Made by a program: the position numbers and the translations under genes | IMG/VR virus record: IMGVR_UViG_2974616520_000001 | Location: 113,328 to 164,037 of that record | DNA length: 50,710 nt | Reading direction: 5' to 3' (one strand) | Origin: a virus | Lineage: Duplodnaviria; Heunggongvirae; Uroviricota; Caudoviricetes; Ackermannviridae | In this document: piece after piece, positions 9,903 to 19,209 of the stretch | Numbering within the stretch: the first letter of the stretch is position 1 | How the letters are laid out: each line of letters opens with the position of its first letter | The notes under the pieces: generated by a model | The model's database searches: none | What the model saw: only the letters and a program-made list of their open reading frames with translations | Told to the model about the DNA's origin: nothing

Positions 9903-10227
9903 CACGATGTTCCTCTTGCTGTAACTGCGTGACAGTGATACGCAGATCACGAACATCATTGCCCAGCGCCGATGAGTTGGTCTTCAGGTCACGCATGTTC
10001 TCTTTGACGTAGGTCAGGTCAGTACTGAGAACAGCAAGCTGGCTGCTGATAATATTGACCTTATCCACCATCACATCAATCTTGCTCGAGCCGGATTCCA
10101 GGTTCTTCACCCGGTTGTCCAGGCCGCCCATGAACCAGGCAAAGGTCGCGCCGGAAACCAGGGCAGAAGTGATAACGCCGGTCAACACAGCTTTGTAGTC
10201 GATTGGTGCCTTATCAGTCGTGCTCAT
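9886..10227 (-). CDS. Membrane-anchored coiled-coil protein
   Basis: Likely start MSTTDK at 10227; one hydrophobic helix (AVLTGVITSALVSGATFAWFMGG) followed by a heptad-rich region. Confidence 0.7.
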   Translation of the reverse strand: MSTTDKAPIDYKAVLTGVITSALVSGATFAWFMGGLDNRVKNLESGSSKIDVMVDKVNIISSQLAVLSTDLTYVKENMRDLKTNSSALGNDVRDLRITVTQLQQEEHRDGNSK

Positions 10228-10477
10228 CGTCTTTTTCCTCAGTTTCCTTTGGGATAAGCGAATCAGGCACACCCACATGTTCCATAAGCGCTCTCATTTG
10301 GTCCTGGAGCTGGGTGATCTGTATCGCTTGCTCTTGAACTAATTCGTTCTGGGCCTCTTGGTTCTGACGTGCCCGCAAGGCTGCAGCTGCTGCCTCGGAG
10401 TTGTTAGAAACGATCAGGCCAGGGATAGCATGGCTGCGTACCAGATTTGCATGCCCCTTGACTTTGATTCCCCGCAT
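10214..10477 (-). CDS. Hypothetical late protein downstream of vrlC
   Basis: 87-aa ORF with GAGGTG SD; overlaps the next gene. Confidence 0.75.
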   Translation of the reverse strand: MRGIKVKGHANLVRSHAIPGLIVSNNSEAAAAALRARQNQEAQNELVQEQAIQITQLQDQMRALMEHVGVPDSLIPKETEEKDDEHD

Positions 10478-10529
10478 AAATCACCTCGTTAGTATAAATC
10501 AGGGGCAGCGTACCGCCCCTTTTCTTTAC

Positions 10530-13500
10530 TTATGCCAGTGCGATCAGACGGAAATCTTTCGCAGATGGAGACGCGATACGATTACCTCTGAACATTGCAC
10601 GAACCTTCAGACCCACGAATGGGTTGGTGGAGGCAGCTGTGTAGTCATACTCGTATTCAAAGAAGTTTGAACCGTCGTTGACCAGAGGTGCCAGCGGGTT
10701 CAGGGTCACCCAGGCGACGTCAGCTGCAGTCTCACCAGAACGGATCGGCTTGATCTGCACGGTCATTGAAGACTGGCTTGGCAGCAGCATACCGAAGTAC
10801 AGCTTGGCAGTCGTACAAGCACTGTCAAAGTTGATGTCTTTGGTCACATACTTGAAGACGTCTTCAAAAGGATCGACTGCAAACGTGTTCAGCACCACTG
10901 TGATGGTGTCTCCATCAATTTGCGGGGCCGTAAACGTATTGCCTGCGCCTGGTGTCATGGTAGCACGGATTTGGAAGTCCGTAGTAGCACGATACACGCC
11001 TTCTGTTGGCAACAGGACGTCAGTGTCAGGGGTAAACTGGATCCACGCTGAGAACGTGTTAGAGGACGCGTCACGGTAGCGGTATTCCAGTTTAAGAGCA
11101 GTCCCATCAACCACAGTGTTGGTTACGCTGGCATAGAACATATCTACCAGGTAGTTGCCCAGGTAAGACGCCTGCTCACCACCAATGTTCCCGTTGCTAT
11201 CAGCATTGGTCGGCATGGTGATTTTGAAGGTAGAGAACGTCGCATCAGTCACTGTGAAAGACTTGTTCAGCTGATCTGCTGTGAAGCCACAACCGTCGGT
11301 CAGGTCTTTGAACGTCACTGTGTTACCAGCAGTCAGGCCGTGGCCGATTGCCTTCACAGTAATCACAGGAGAGTTCAGAGCACAAGACAGCACACTGGCT
11401 CCCAGCGGACGGTATTTTGGACCGGCCTTCGGACTGAACACAACCACGTTATCTTTCTGGGCATATTTGGAGCGCAGCACACGGAACTTCATGTCAGCCA
11501 TCTGGTTTGGAGACCAGGTGGTGCCGTTTGAAGAGGTGAAGAACACACCAGTATACGGCTGCTTGGCGATAAACTCGTTGGACAGCAGGTTCTTTTTACC
11601 CATCTCAGCGATGTAGGCGTTGTAGTCCTGGGTGTTAGCCAGCAGCACAATCGCAAACTCGGTATTCGCTTCCAGGTAGACCGGATAATCCAGCGTGAAC
11701 CGGGTAGCCACAGATGAATCTGAAGATACGCTGACCTGGGCTGGATTCAGAGTCTTCTTACAGATGATCGTGGTTGACGGCAGGCCGTTGGACATCTCAC
11801 GGAGTTCCAGGGTGATTGGAATATCACGTGACTTGGTGGAGAAGTAGACATCAAACGCTTCTACAAACTCGCCGCCCCGCGCTGTCTGCACCATGAACGA
11901 CTGAGCGATAGGGTCAGCCCAAGATGCAACAACCTGCTCACCTGAGTTGGACGTCTCCTGGCTGGTGCCGACCACAGTGTAACCCAGAACGCGGGTGTTC
12001 ACATAGGTCTTCTGCAGCCCCTGCTTCTTACCGAATGAACGGTGCACTGCTTCTGCTGAGGTACGAGTCTCATCAGCGTCGGTGCTGTTGTTCGGGTTGT
12101 CAGACAGGCGGAACACGTTGTCACCGGTATTGAATTTCAGTGCATCGTTCAATGGAACAAAGAAGTTACCGGTAGCCGAACCATTGGCGTCGGTGATAAT
12201 CTGAGCACCCAGAGCCTTACCAGTCTGCTGACACTGCGCTGCTACTGAACGACCTGAGAAGAACGGATACAGGCTTGTGAACGGGCGCAGGCCGGTAGCT
12301 TCAAAGGCAATGGTAGACTTACGCATGTATGGAATGACCTGAGTCTCCACAATCTGCTCACCAGCATAAGTCGTGGTGGTCGTGTCAGTGAACGCATAAG
12401 TGGTCACATCGCGCACAGAAACCGTGGTACGATACAGGAATGCTGTGAACACGCCGCCCGCACCATGTGGTTCCCAAAGGCGCTCTGAAACACTGACAGT
12501 ACGCCAGGTGCCATATACAGAACCAGGCTGAACTGAACCGCGTGTGTTCACAGTTTCGTTAATGATACGCGGGGCGACATAATAGTTCTCAAACCAATAA
12601 TCGGTTGATGGTGAGAGCTTCATGTAGCCGTTCCAGTTGAACACAGCATACGGGTTCACGTTGATTGAGGACGTGGCGTAAGGCTGAGCAACTGAAACAT
12701 CCAGTACAGATTCACAGGTCACGATGCCGTCTTTGGTATAGGCCCAGGCTGGATCAACAGCCATGTCAATGGCATTCTGCTGAGTGAACGGGCGCAGGCG
12801 ACCATTGTTGGTGTCGATTGAACCTACCCACTGATCAGACAGATCATCAATGATACGGAAGTCTTTGAATGGATCCGCTGCAATCCCGTTTTTGTAGCGC
12901 GGGTTGCCTGAGATTGGATCAAAGACTTCCTGAGTCGCTGCTGAAGACTCCAACTGGGACAGTGTGGTGTAATACTCCACGTTGGTGATACGTTTGTCCA
13001 GCTTGCCGATATCGCGCATCGTGTAGTTGCGGTTATCGATAGTCACGATTGAGATCTGGTCGATCTTAGGCGTGTATGGAGGCAACGTCAGTTCATACAG
13101 ACGCATACTGTTGTCTGGAATAGCCGGGGCCGCCAGACTGTTTGAGCTGATACCCCGCGCTGCGCCAAATTTACCTTCAGACGACACGTAGATCGCATCG
13201 ATACGCGGCAGATAATACTGAAGATCCATGATGATCGCAGAGTTCGGGCGAACCATCTCAGTATCCGAAGCACCTGACGTGATCTTAGGACGGAAGTCAA
13301 TTGCATCACCCAGGCCGTAAATCACACCAGAAGACTGAGAGGTGTAAGTCGGGATATCCTGGTAGTTGATAGACGTGTACGAGTCAGCTGTGAAGAAGTC
13401 ACCTGTGCTGTGAGCAAAGTAGCTGTACTTCACAGAGAACGCACCAGTGATGTTACCCGCACTCGCCTTCAGAGTTGATTTGTAGTAGGCTGCGTCACGC

Positions 13501-15383
13501 TGACCGCCGTCCATCACAAATGCTGAGGTGACGGCGTTGCCTTTGTCATCACGAACCTGCAACAGCACCTGGCCATCATGGTTCCCCAGAGTAACGGTAG
13601 AGCTGGCTGCAAAGTTCACGGTCTCAGTGACTGTGGTCAGCGTTTTGGTTTTGATGTTTGCAGTGGTACGCACCATCATTGCCATCACGTTGATAACCTG
13701 GTTTGCGTTACCTGTACCCATGCTCAGGGTCAGCGCTGAACCAACAGGAGTACCCGCCAGAGCCAGAGCACCAGAAATATTCAGCTGGGCTGCCGTACCG
13801 TCACTCTTGGCCCCGGCATACAGCGCAAACTCAGGTGAGAAGCTGTAGCCTGCAGGCGCTGACACTGAACCCACACCAGATGCATCCAGGGTGATCAGGT
13901 ATGAGCGGAAGACGCTGTAGTTGATGTCAATCGTCTCACCTGTTACCAGGGTCTTCACACCGTACACAGGCAGTTCAAACAGCAGGTCAATAGATGATGA
14001 ACCTACGAACTGATTGCTGTCCAGGTCTGAGATGAACCGGGTGACGCCAGACTCCTGATAAGAGATCTTGGCAAAGGTGGTGCGGTCACCAGTCCAGGTG
14101 ATATCGCGAAGGTACAGGCGGAACTCAGAACCACTGCGCTCAGCAGAGATAAGGAGAGCTGAACCGATCTGCACACCAGCTGCGGTCAACAGGCGGTAAC
14201 GCGTGTTCTTACTGATAACAGGAACGCCTTTAGAGTTCTTGGTCAGTAGGAAATTCCCTGTAGCCACAGCCACAGGTGTGTTGTTCACGAGGCCGGTATC
14301 ACGCGATTTATCGATGACAACCATTTCTTCGCCAACGTTCTGTACACGGTAGCCACGCACATAGGAGACGCCTGGTTTCAGGACAGCGACCAGCTTACTG
14401 GCATCACCGCCTTCTTCAGCTGTGTAGACGCCACCGTTGCCGTTCTCGTTCAGGTGCTCACGCAGGTCGACCAGGTGGGCTGAAACGTTGTAGTTGCCGT
14501 TGGTCTCAAAGGTACGCTGAGCCATAGCATCTTCGAGCAGGTTGTAAGTGGTCTGAGTGACCATAGACTGGATTTTACCGGTTTTGATCTTAGCCAGTTC
14601 AACAAAGTTGTCCAGCACTTCATCGTAACCGGCACGGGTCAGGGTCAGGTCGACACGCAGGCGATGAGCGCCAGGGGCTTTAGAGTTCGGAGTACCCTGG
14701 GCATTTGAGAACAACGAAGTGTCTTCGGCCTCAGTGATGATCTTCTCTTCAACCAGGAAGCCGACCTTGTTGTCAGACACGTTGCTGTGTTTGTCAACGA
14801 TCAATACCTGATCCTGCACGTCCAGGAACATGCCACGGATGTAGTAGACGCCCTTGGTCATACGGGCTACGATAGCACCAGCGACAGTCTCAGCCACGCC
14901 GAAGCCCACACGAATTTCTGTGTCGTTGACGTCATAGCTGTTGAAGTAAAGGTCTTCACCCTGGATGAACTTCGCCTCTTTACCTGTACCGGAGTCAATG
15001 ATCTCCATGATACAGAACATGGTGTCAGAGGCTGAAGTCACGCGCTCCAGGGAAAGAACACGGCCACGGACGCCGTTCGCTTTAGAGACCGCATACAGTT
15101 CCTTGATGTTCTCCAGGTCGGTGAATTCGCTACCGCCTGCAAGATGGAACTGCATTGACACCTGAGAGTTGGTTACAGTCAGGCCGCCAGGGATTACAAT
15201 GGAGCCTTCCTTGAAGAGGTGGTTGCCAACCTTCTCAATCTGGTTCTGCAGGATTGCCTGCATCTGGTTCATTTCGCGTGTCTGCACTTTGATCGGATTC
15301 GGCCGGAAGAGGACACGCGCAAAGCGTTTCTCCGGATCGAAGTCGTCGAAGTACGGCTTTTTATTCAGGTTGGTAGATTGCAT
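10530..15383 (-). CDS. vrlC: VrlC-like large virion/baseplate protein (DUF4815 family)
   Basis: 1617 aa. N-terminus NLNKKPYFDDFDPEKRFARVLFRP...QTREMNQMQAILQNQIEK.GNHLFKEGS and DPIAQSF...DVYFSTK are typical of VrlC-like proteins of T4-like cyanophages and Ackermannviridae. Confidence 0.88.
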   Translation of the reverse strand: MQSTNLNKKPYFDDFDPEKRFARVLFRPNPIKVQTREMNQMQAILQNQIEKVGNHLFKEGSIVIPGGLTVTNSQVSMQFHLAGGSEFTDLENIKELYAVSKANGVRGRVLSLERVTSASDTMFCIMEIIDSGTGKEAKFIQGEDLYFNSYDVNDTEIRVGFGVAETVAGAIVARMTKGVYYIRGMFLDVQDQVLIVDKHSNVSDNKVGFLVEEKIITEAEDTSLFSNAQGTPNSKAPGAHRLRVDLTLTRAGYDEVLDNFVELAKIKTGKIQSMVTQTTYNLLEDAMAQRTFETNGNYNVSAHLVDLREHLNENGNGGVYTAEEGGDASKLVAVLKPGVSYVRGYRVQNVGEEMVVIDKSRDTGLVNNTPVAVATGNFLLTKNSKGVPVISKNTRYRLLTAAGVQIGSALLISAERSGSEFRLYLRDITWTGDRTTFAKISYQESGVTRFISDLDSNQFVGSSSIDLLFELPVYGVKTLVTGETIDINYSVFRSYLITLDASGVGSVSAPAGYSFSPEFALYAGAKSDGTAAQLNISGALALAGTPVGSALTLSMGTGNANQVINVMAMMVRTTANIKTKTLTTVTETVNFAASSTVTLGNHDGQVLLQVRDDKGNAVTSAFVMDGGQRDAAYYKSTLKASAGNITGAFSVKYSYFAHSTGDFFTADSYTSINYQDIPTYTSQSSGVIYGLGDAIDFRPKITSGASDTEMVRPNSAIIMDLQYYLPRIDAIYVSSEGKFGAARGISSNSLAAPAIPDNSMRLYELTLPPYTPKIDQISIVTIDNRNYTMRDIGKLDKRITNVEYYTTLSQLESSAATQEVFDPISGNPRYKNGIAADPFKDFRIIDDLSDQWVGSIDTNNGRLRPFTQQNAIDMAVDPAWAYTKDGIVTCESVLDVSVAQPYATSSINVNPYAVFNWNGYMKLSPSTDYWFENYYVAPRIINETVNTRGSVQPGSVYGTWRTVSVSERLWEPHGAGGVFTAFLYRTTVSVRDVTTYAFTDTTTTTYAGEQIVETQVIPYMRKSTIAFEATGLRPFTSLYPFFSGRSVAAQCQQTGKALGAQIITDANGSATGNFFVPLNDALKFNTGDNVFRLSDNPNNSTDADETRTSAEAVHRSFGKKQGLQKTYVNTRVLGYTVVGTSQETSNSGEQVVASWADPIAQSFMVQTARGGEFVEAFDVYFSTKSRDIPITLELREMSNGLPSTTIICKKTLNPAQVSVSSDSSVATRFTLDYPVYLEANTEFAIVLLANTQDYNAYIAEMGKKNLLSNEFIAKQPYTGVFFTSSNGTTWSPNQMADMKFRVLRSKYAQKDNVVVFSPKAGPKYRPLGASVLSCALNSPVITVKAIGHGLTAGNTVTFKDLTDGCGFTADQLNKSFTVTDATFSTFKITMPTNADSNGNIGGEQASYLGNYLVDMFYASVTNTVVDGTALKLEYRYRDASSNTFSAWIQFTPDTDVLLPTEGVYRATTDFQIRATMTPGAGNTFTAPQIDGDTITVVLNTFAVDPFEDVFKYVTKDINFDSACTTAKLYFGMLLPSQSSMTVQIKPIRSGETAADVAWVTLNPLAPLVNDGSNFFEYEYDYTAASTNPFVGLKVRAMFRGNRIASPSAKDFRLIALA

Positions 15384-15460
15384 TTCAATGCTCCGATGAT
15401 AGGTGCTATTTCCAATATTTAGCTTACTGTCAACCGGCGCATTGAATGACCGGAATATTA

Positions 15461-15485
15461 TTCAATAACGGCAACAGGGTATAAA
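15461..15485 (+). promoter_or_regulatory. TTCAAT-N13-TATAAA promoter (Ackermannviridae-type)
   Basis: TTCAATAACGGCAACAGGGTATAAA upstream of the plus-strand cassette; the same box recurs about 10 times. Confidence 0.7.
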
Positions 15486-15518
15486 GTTCAGTCATTCCTA
15501 ATTAACGAGGTCAACATA

Positions 15519-15731
15519 ATGAAATACGAACCAGCTAAAGCCCAGCCATCTATCGAAGAGATGGAAGCATATGAGCGCGGTTACAACATGGCAACTGCTG
15601 AAGCTGTACCACCCGCCACTCATTTTTACCCAGACGATGCTGTCCTGTTGGACGCTTTCATGACCGGCTGGCATGACAAGGTGACTGGTGCACTGCGTAA
15701 TGAGCTGATGGCATGTTTAGTCAACCCATAA
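15519..15731 (+). CDS. Small protein with a ribosome modulation factor (Rmf)-like motif
   Basis: GAGGT SD and a TTCAAT-box promoter upstream. AYERGY...P...YP...FMTGWHD resembles Rmf (AHQRGY...CPY...WLGGWRE). The family call is tentative. Confidence 0.55.
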   Translation: MKYEPAKAQPSIEEMEAYERGYNMATAEAVPPATHFYPDDAVLLDAFMTGWHDKVTGALRNELMACLVNP

Positions 15732-15955
15732 CCTGCTGCAAGTGGTGTGCGAAGGAGCTCTCCTATGAGTACGAGGAGACCGCGTCCTATATACCTCACA
15801 TGATGTGGCAGGTGTGTCCAAAACATGGCCGGGTATCTTTCTATCGTTGGAGTCCTGGTCATCAACTGGAACGCCCGCTGAACCCGTTCACCAAAAAGCT
15901 GATCTCCTGGTCTGAATTCAGGAAGATATTGGAAGAGAAGAAGTTACTGCCATGA
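15713..15955 (+). CDS. Hypothetical protein, possible zinc ribbon (CxxC...CxxH)
   Basis: CKWC and CPKH motifs; overlaps its neighbours in an operon-like way. Confidence 0.6.
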   Translation: MFSQPITCCKWCAKELSYEYEETASYIPHMMWQVCPKHGRVSFYRWSPGHQLERPLNPFTKKLISWSEFRKILEEKKLLP

Positions 15956-16167
15956 AAATAAGTGCTCACAGTTCATATGCAGCAGCATTGGTTCAGATGG
16001 CAGAATATGCCATCTCGGAACGAATTTCATTTCTGGATTGTCAGCCTAAGCTGCATGAGATGGAAACAGAAGAAGAGCGGGAAGAACTCAAGTGTCTCAT
16101 CCGTGAGACAACTCTTGAGATTGCTGACTTTAGAAAGATCCAGGCTTATCACCAAAGATCATTATAA
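15952..16167 (+). CDS. Hypothetical protein
   Basis: 71-aa ORF coupled by an ATGA-type overlap to the upstream ORF; converges on the fibre gene. Confidence 0.6.
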   Translation: MKISAHSSYAAALVQMAEYAISERISFLDCQPKLHEMETEEEREELKCLIRETTLEIADFRKIQAYHQRSL

Positions 16168-18780
16168 CAGATCCTTCGGCACAACCGAGCCAACGCTATC
16201 AGATGGCAGATCAGCCTCGGTCACCATAGCGGCTTTCAGGGCTGCTACACGCTCACGAGCACGTGCCATATCTGAGTCGTTCAGAATCATGTCCAGAAGG
16301 TCCACGATTCCTTTGATAGCCTCTGTATGGAACGCTGCTGAAGCCCCTGAAGTGTTCAGGCTCTTGAAGTCTTTGATCTCCGCACCGTTGGAGAATTTAC
16401 GCTCAGATGTTGACACCGCTTCTGGGCAAGACTTCTCAACGTCTTGGGCGATCAGACCGACCTCCATTTCGCCATCCAACTTCTGGTAGACCATACCACG
16501 CCAAGACATCACAGCCAACAGTGCGTCTTTTGGTTCCCCGCCCGCCATTTTCTTTTTGAACTTGTGACGAATATCCGATCCAGACATCCATGAACCCGCT
16601 GCCCGCGCATTACCGTTCTGAACGAAATAGAACGCCGCATTTGCAGTAAACCCGCTGACTTGCAAAATGCCCGAATAGATATCACCCACGTGCTCCTGGG
16701 AGTAAAGACTGACATATGCGTAAGGGGTTCCATTATAGTTGCCGCGTGAACGGAAACCAGAACGAATCTCAGGCGTGTTCAGATACTCCCCGACTCCCGG
16801 ATTAACTGGGTCATTGGCCAATCTTGTTACAATCGGTGAGGTCAGATAGTTCATATCGGCATACAAAATTTGTGTACCGTTGAAGTTGAGAGCTGTGATG
16901 CCCGAGGTTCGGTTGATCACAGCCTGACTATTATCAGCAGTGTTGATACCGATATTCATTTCTTGCGTACCAGAAAGGTTGCGCATACGAAGAGCGCCGC
17001 CCGGTAAAGCAAAACTCCCGTCAATTGCGAACTGGAATGCCTTAGAGGCAACCGTAGTGCTCGAACGATCCTCGATAACGACTTCCGCACCTTTCGTACT
17101 AGCTGAACCGCCAATTGTTGTGCGGGAACGGAATTTCGAAACCATATAGTCAGCGCCAGCGACCTGATAGTTGGAAACCAAATCGCCACCATAAACAATC
17201 GTGTTGTTTGCAGGCACTGCTGTGTCGGCGTTGATCACGTTGAAGTTGGTGTTCGCTGCGCTGAACTTTCCATTCAGACGAATGATCCAGATACCCTTAA
17301 CGCTGTTTGGGCGGACTTCAGTAGTCGAATCCTGGCCGTAAACAGAATTAGAACGGCTGGCGTCAAACATATACTGACTTGGTATTAGTGAACTGGTTTG
17401 TGGTGGTGTTCCAACATTAGCTGGTCCGTTAGGATACAACGCACCAGTACCACCCTGAAGCGATGCAGCTCCAGCTGCAGATAAACCACCCGTAATATTT
17501 GGAGCAGCACTCTTACGGATAACGCCGACGCCGGTCCCTGTATTGGGAACAGCACCATCACCGCGAAGGAACAGCGCTGGAATAGAGTTCAATGCAGAAT
17601 TGGTCGGATGTTGCCAAACACCGTTCAGGTCAGGAAGACGGAAAGTAGTTGAGCCATCACCTGTAGAGTATGCACCGCGTGCTGTAGGCGTAGACTGCCA
17701 ATCAGCATCAGAAACGGACACATATACACCACTGTTGATAGCATTCCACAGATCTGAATAGTCAGCACGCTTCAGTAACTGACCATCACCGGCACCATGA
17801 CCAGCAATGATAGAAGCACGTGTACCGTTGAACCAATGAACAGCACCCAGGTATGAGTTCATCACACCATTCATGTTAGCGCCGCCAGAACCGCTTCCAC
17901 CATTGGCGAGGAGCTGCTTCAAGGTAACGGCGTCGTATTGGTTGACAGCATCGCCGCCCAAACGGAGAGGGCCGGAGAGCGCGTTGAGGCTAGTAATGTC
18001 GTCGTTGTCACCTGCTTCAGCGACGACCACGTCACCAGAACGACCATTAACGCTGAGTACCTGGTTCGCGATTTCTACAAACGGCTTCCAGTTGTCCAAT
18101 TTAGAAGCAGGCAAAGCGCCCAGGAAATAGATGCGTCCATTCTGGTCTGAACGGGTTGCTGTATCACTGATCTTTGCATCCAACGCCAGCATTGCAGTCT
18201 GGTTAGCCACAGGGAAATTGACTGGGTTGGAATTGATAATAGCCTGGAGCACTTCTTGGTAACGAGCGTCGGCGTCGTCGCGCTTTTCATAAGCAGACAG
18301 AGCACCCTTGCCGCCGTTCAGGATGATGTAGACCTGTTTGTCGGCGACCATGGGATTAGTGAAGTTGATATCACGACCAGAGGTAGTGTAATCAACACCA
18401 GGTGCCCAGGGCTTGTTGTCATAGAAGAACAGGACTGAAGAGAAATCTGCGTCAGCCGTATACTTGTTCTCACCACCCGTTGAACGATAGGTGATCACTC
18501 GAGCATACTGGCCTTCAACTTCTCTTGGTGACCATGAAGTGTTCAGATAGAACACGGCTTCATCGCCTGCTACCAAAGGAGGTGTGAGGAAGACGTCCCG
18601 GCCATCCACAGTGAAATCTTCACCTGGGGTCAGGGCACCTTTGTTGACTGTAACGCCGATTGTCACAAAGTCTTTGTCCATCGTGACTTTGGGCGTAGAC
18701 GCCGTGGCGTGAAAAACTTTGACGGACTGACGTGGTGCTGTCGCCAGGCCGCCAAAGATATCTTCTAAATTACGACTCAT
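16162..18780 (-). CDS. Receptor-binding tail fibre: TSP2-like N-terminal hub domains, tail-collar domain, C-terminal S74-type chaperone
   Basis: N-terminus MSRNLEDIFGGLATAPRQ resembles Ackermannviridae TSP2 (MTRNVEELFGG..APHQ). GDGQLLKRADYSDLWNAI...TTFRLPDL is the collar motif; SDIRHK...GLIAQDVEK is the intramolecular chaperone motif. Confidence 0.85.
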   Translation of the reverse strand: MSRNLEDIFGGLATAPRQSVKVFHATASTPKVTMDKDFVTIGVTVNKGALTPGEDFTVDGRDVFLTPPLVAGDEAVFYLNTSWSPREVEGQYARVITYRSTGGENKYTADADFSSVLFFYDNKPWAPGVDYTTSGRDINFTNPMVADKQVYIILNGGKGALSAYEKRDDADARYQEVLQAIINSNPVNFPVANQTAMLALDAKISDTATRSDQNGRIYFLGALPASKLDNWKPFVEIANQVLSVNGRSGDVVVAEAGDNDDITSLNALSGPLRLGGDAVNQYDAVTLKQLLANGGSGSGGANMNGVMNSYLGAVHWFNGTRASIIAGHGAGDGQLLKRADYSDLWNAINSGVYVSVSDADWQSTPTARGAYSTGDGSTTFRLPDLNGVWQHPTNSALNSIPALFLRGDGAVPNTGTGVGVIRKSAAPNITGGLSAAGAASLQGGTGALYPNGPANVGTPPQTSSLIPSQYMFDASRSNSVYGQDSTTEVRPNSVKGIWIIRLNGKFSAANTNFNVINADTAVPANNTIVYGGDLVSNYQVAGADYMVSKFRSRTTIGGSASTKGAEVVIEDRSSTTVASKAFQFAIDGSFALPGGALRMRNLSGTQEMNIGINTADNSQAVINRTSGITALNFNGTQILYADMNYLTSPIVTRLANDPVNPGVGEYLNTPEIRSGFRSRGNYNGTPYAYVSLYSQEHVGDIYSGILQVSGFTANAAFYFVQNGNARAAGSWMSGSDIRHKFKKKMAGGEPKDALLAVMSWRGMVYQKLDGEMEVGLIAQDVEKSCPEAVSTSERKFSNGAEIKDFKSLNTSGASAAFHTEAIKGIVDLLDMILNDSDMARARERVAALKAAMVTEADLPSDSVGSVVPKDLL

Positions 18781-18783
18781 GTT

Positions 18784-18820
18784 AATACCCCATAAAGGAT
18801 AACCAATATGGGGTATTTAG
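18784..18820 (-). promoter_or_regulatory. T4-type late promoter CTAAATACCCC with an SD-masking hairpin (before the 16162..18780 gene)
   Basis: AATACCCCAT/ATGGGGTATT 10-bp inverted repeat; TAAATA overlaps the 5' arm. Confidence 0.75.
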
Positions 18821-18825
18821 CTCTA

Positions 18826-19200
18826 TCACTCTACCTTCAGTGATTCCTGATAGGCATCGTTATCAACAATTGAAAATTGTGAGCTGGCACCAGTTGCCAC
18901 TGACTCGTTCTTTTCATTGAGGATAACGCGGTATGGACGCCCATCATCACCGATAACACCTGCTTCGTCCCAGATGATTGGAGCGGTGATACCGTCGGCA
19001 TCAGTGAACTCGTCACCTTTACCGGCCACAACCTGATATTCGCTACCTTCTGTAAATTGATCAGCGTTTTCACCCTGACCTTTGATGCAGCGAACGGTCA
19101 TACCCTTCTGAGATTGATGAGACATCAGACGGAAGGTGCCTTGGACACCTTCAAACGCCTTTTCAACAATCTCCTGTTTTACTAATTTAGACTTTCCCAT
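18826..19200 (-). CDS. Hypothetical protein in the receptor-binding cluster
   Basis: 124-aa ORF with AGGA SD directly after the spike gene. Confidence 0.75.
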   Translation of the reverse strand: MGKSKLVKQEIVEKAFEGVQGTFRLMSHQSQKGMTVRCIKGQGENADQFTEGSEYQVVAGKGDEFTDADGITAPIIWDEAGVIGDDGRPYRVILNEKNESVATGASSQFSIVDNDAYQESLKVE

Positions 19201-19209
19201 GATATTTCC

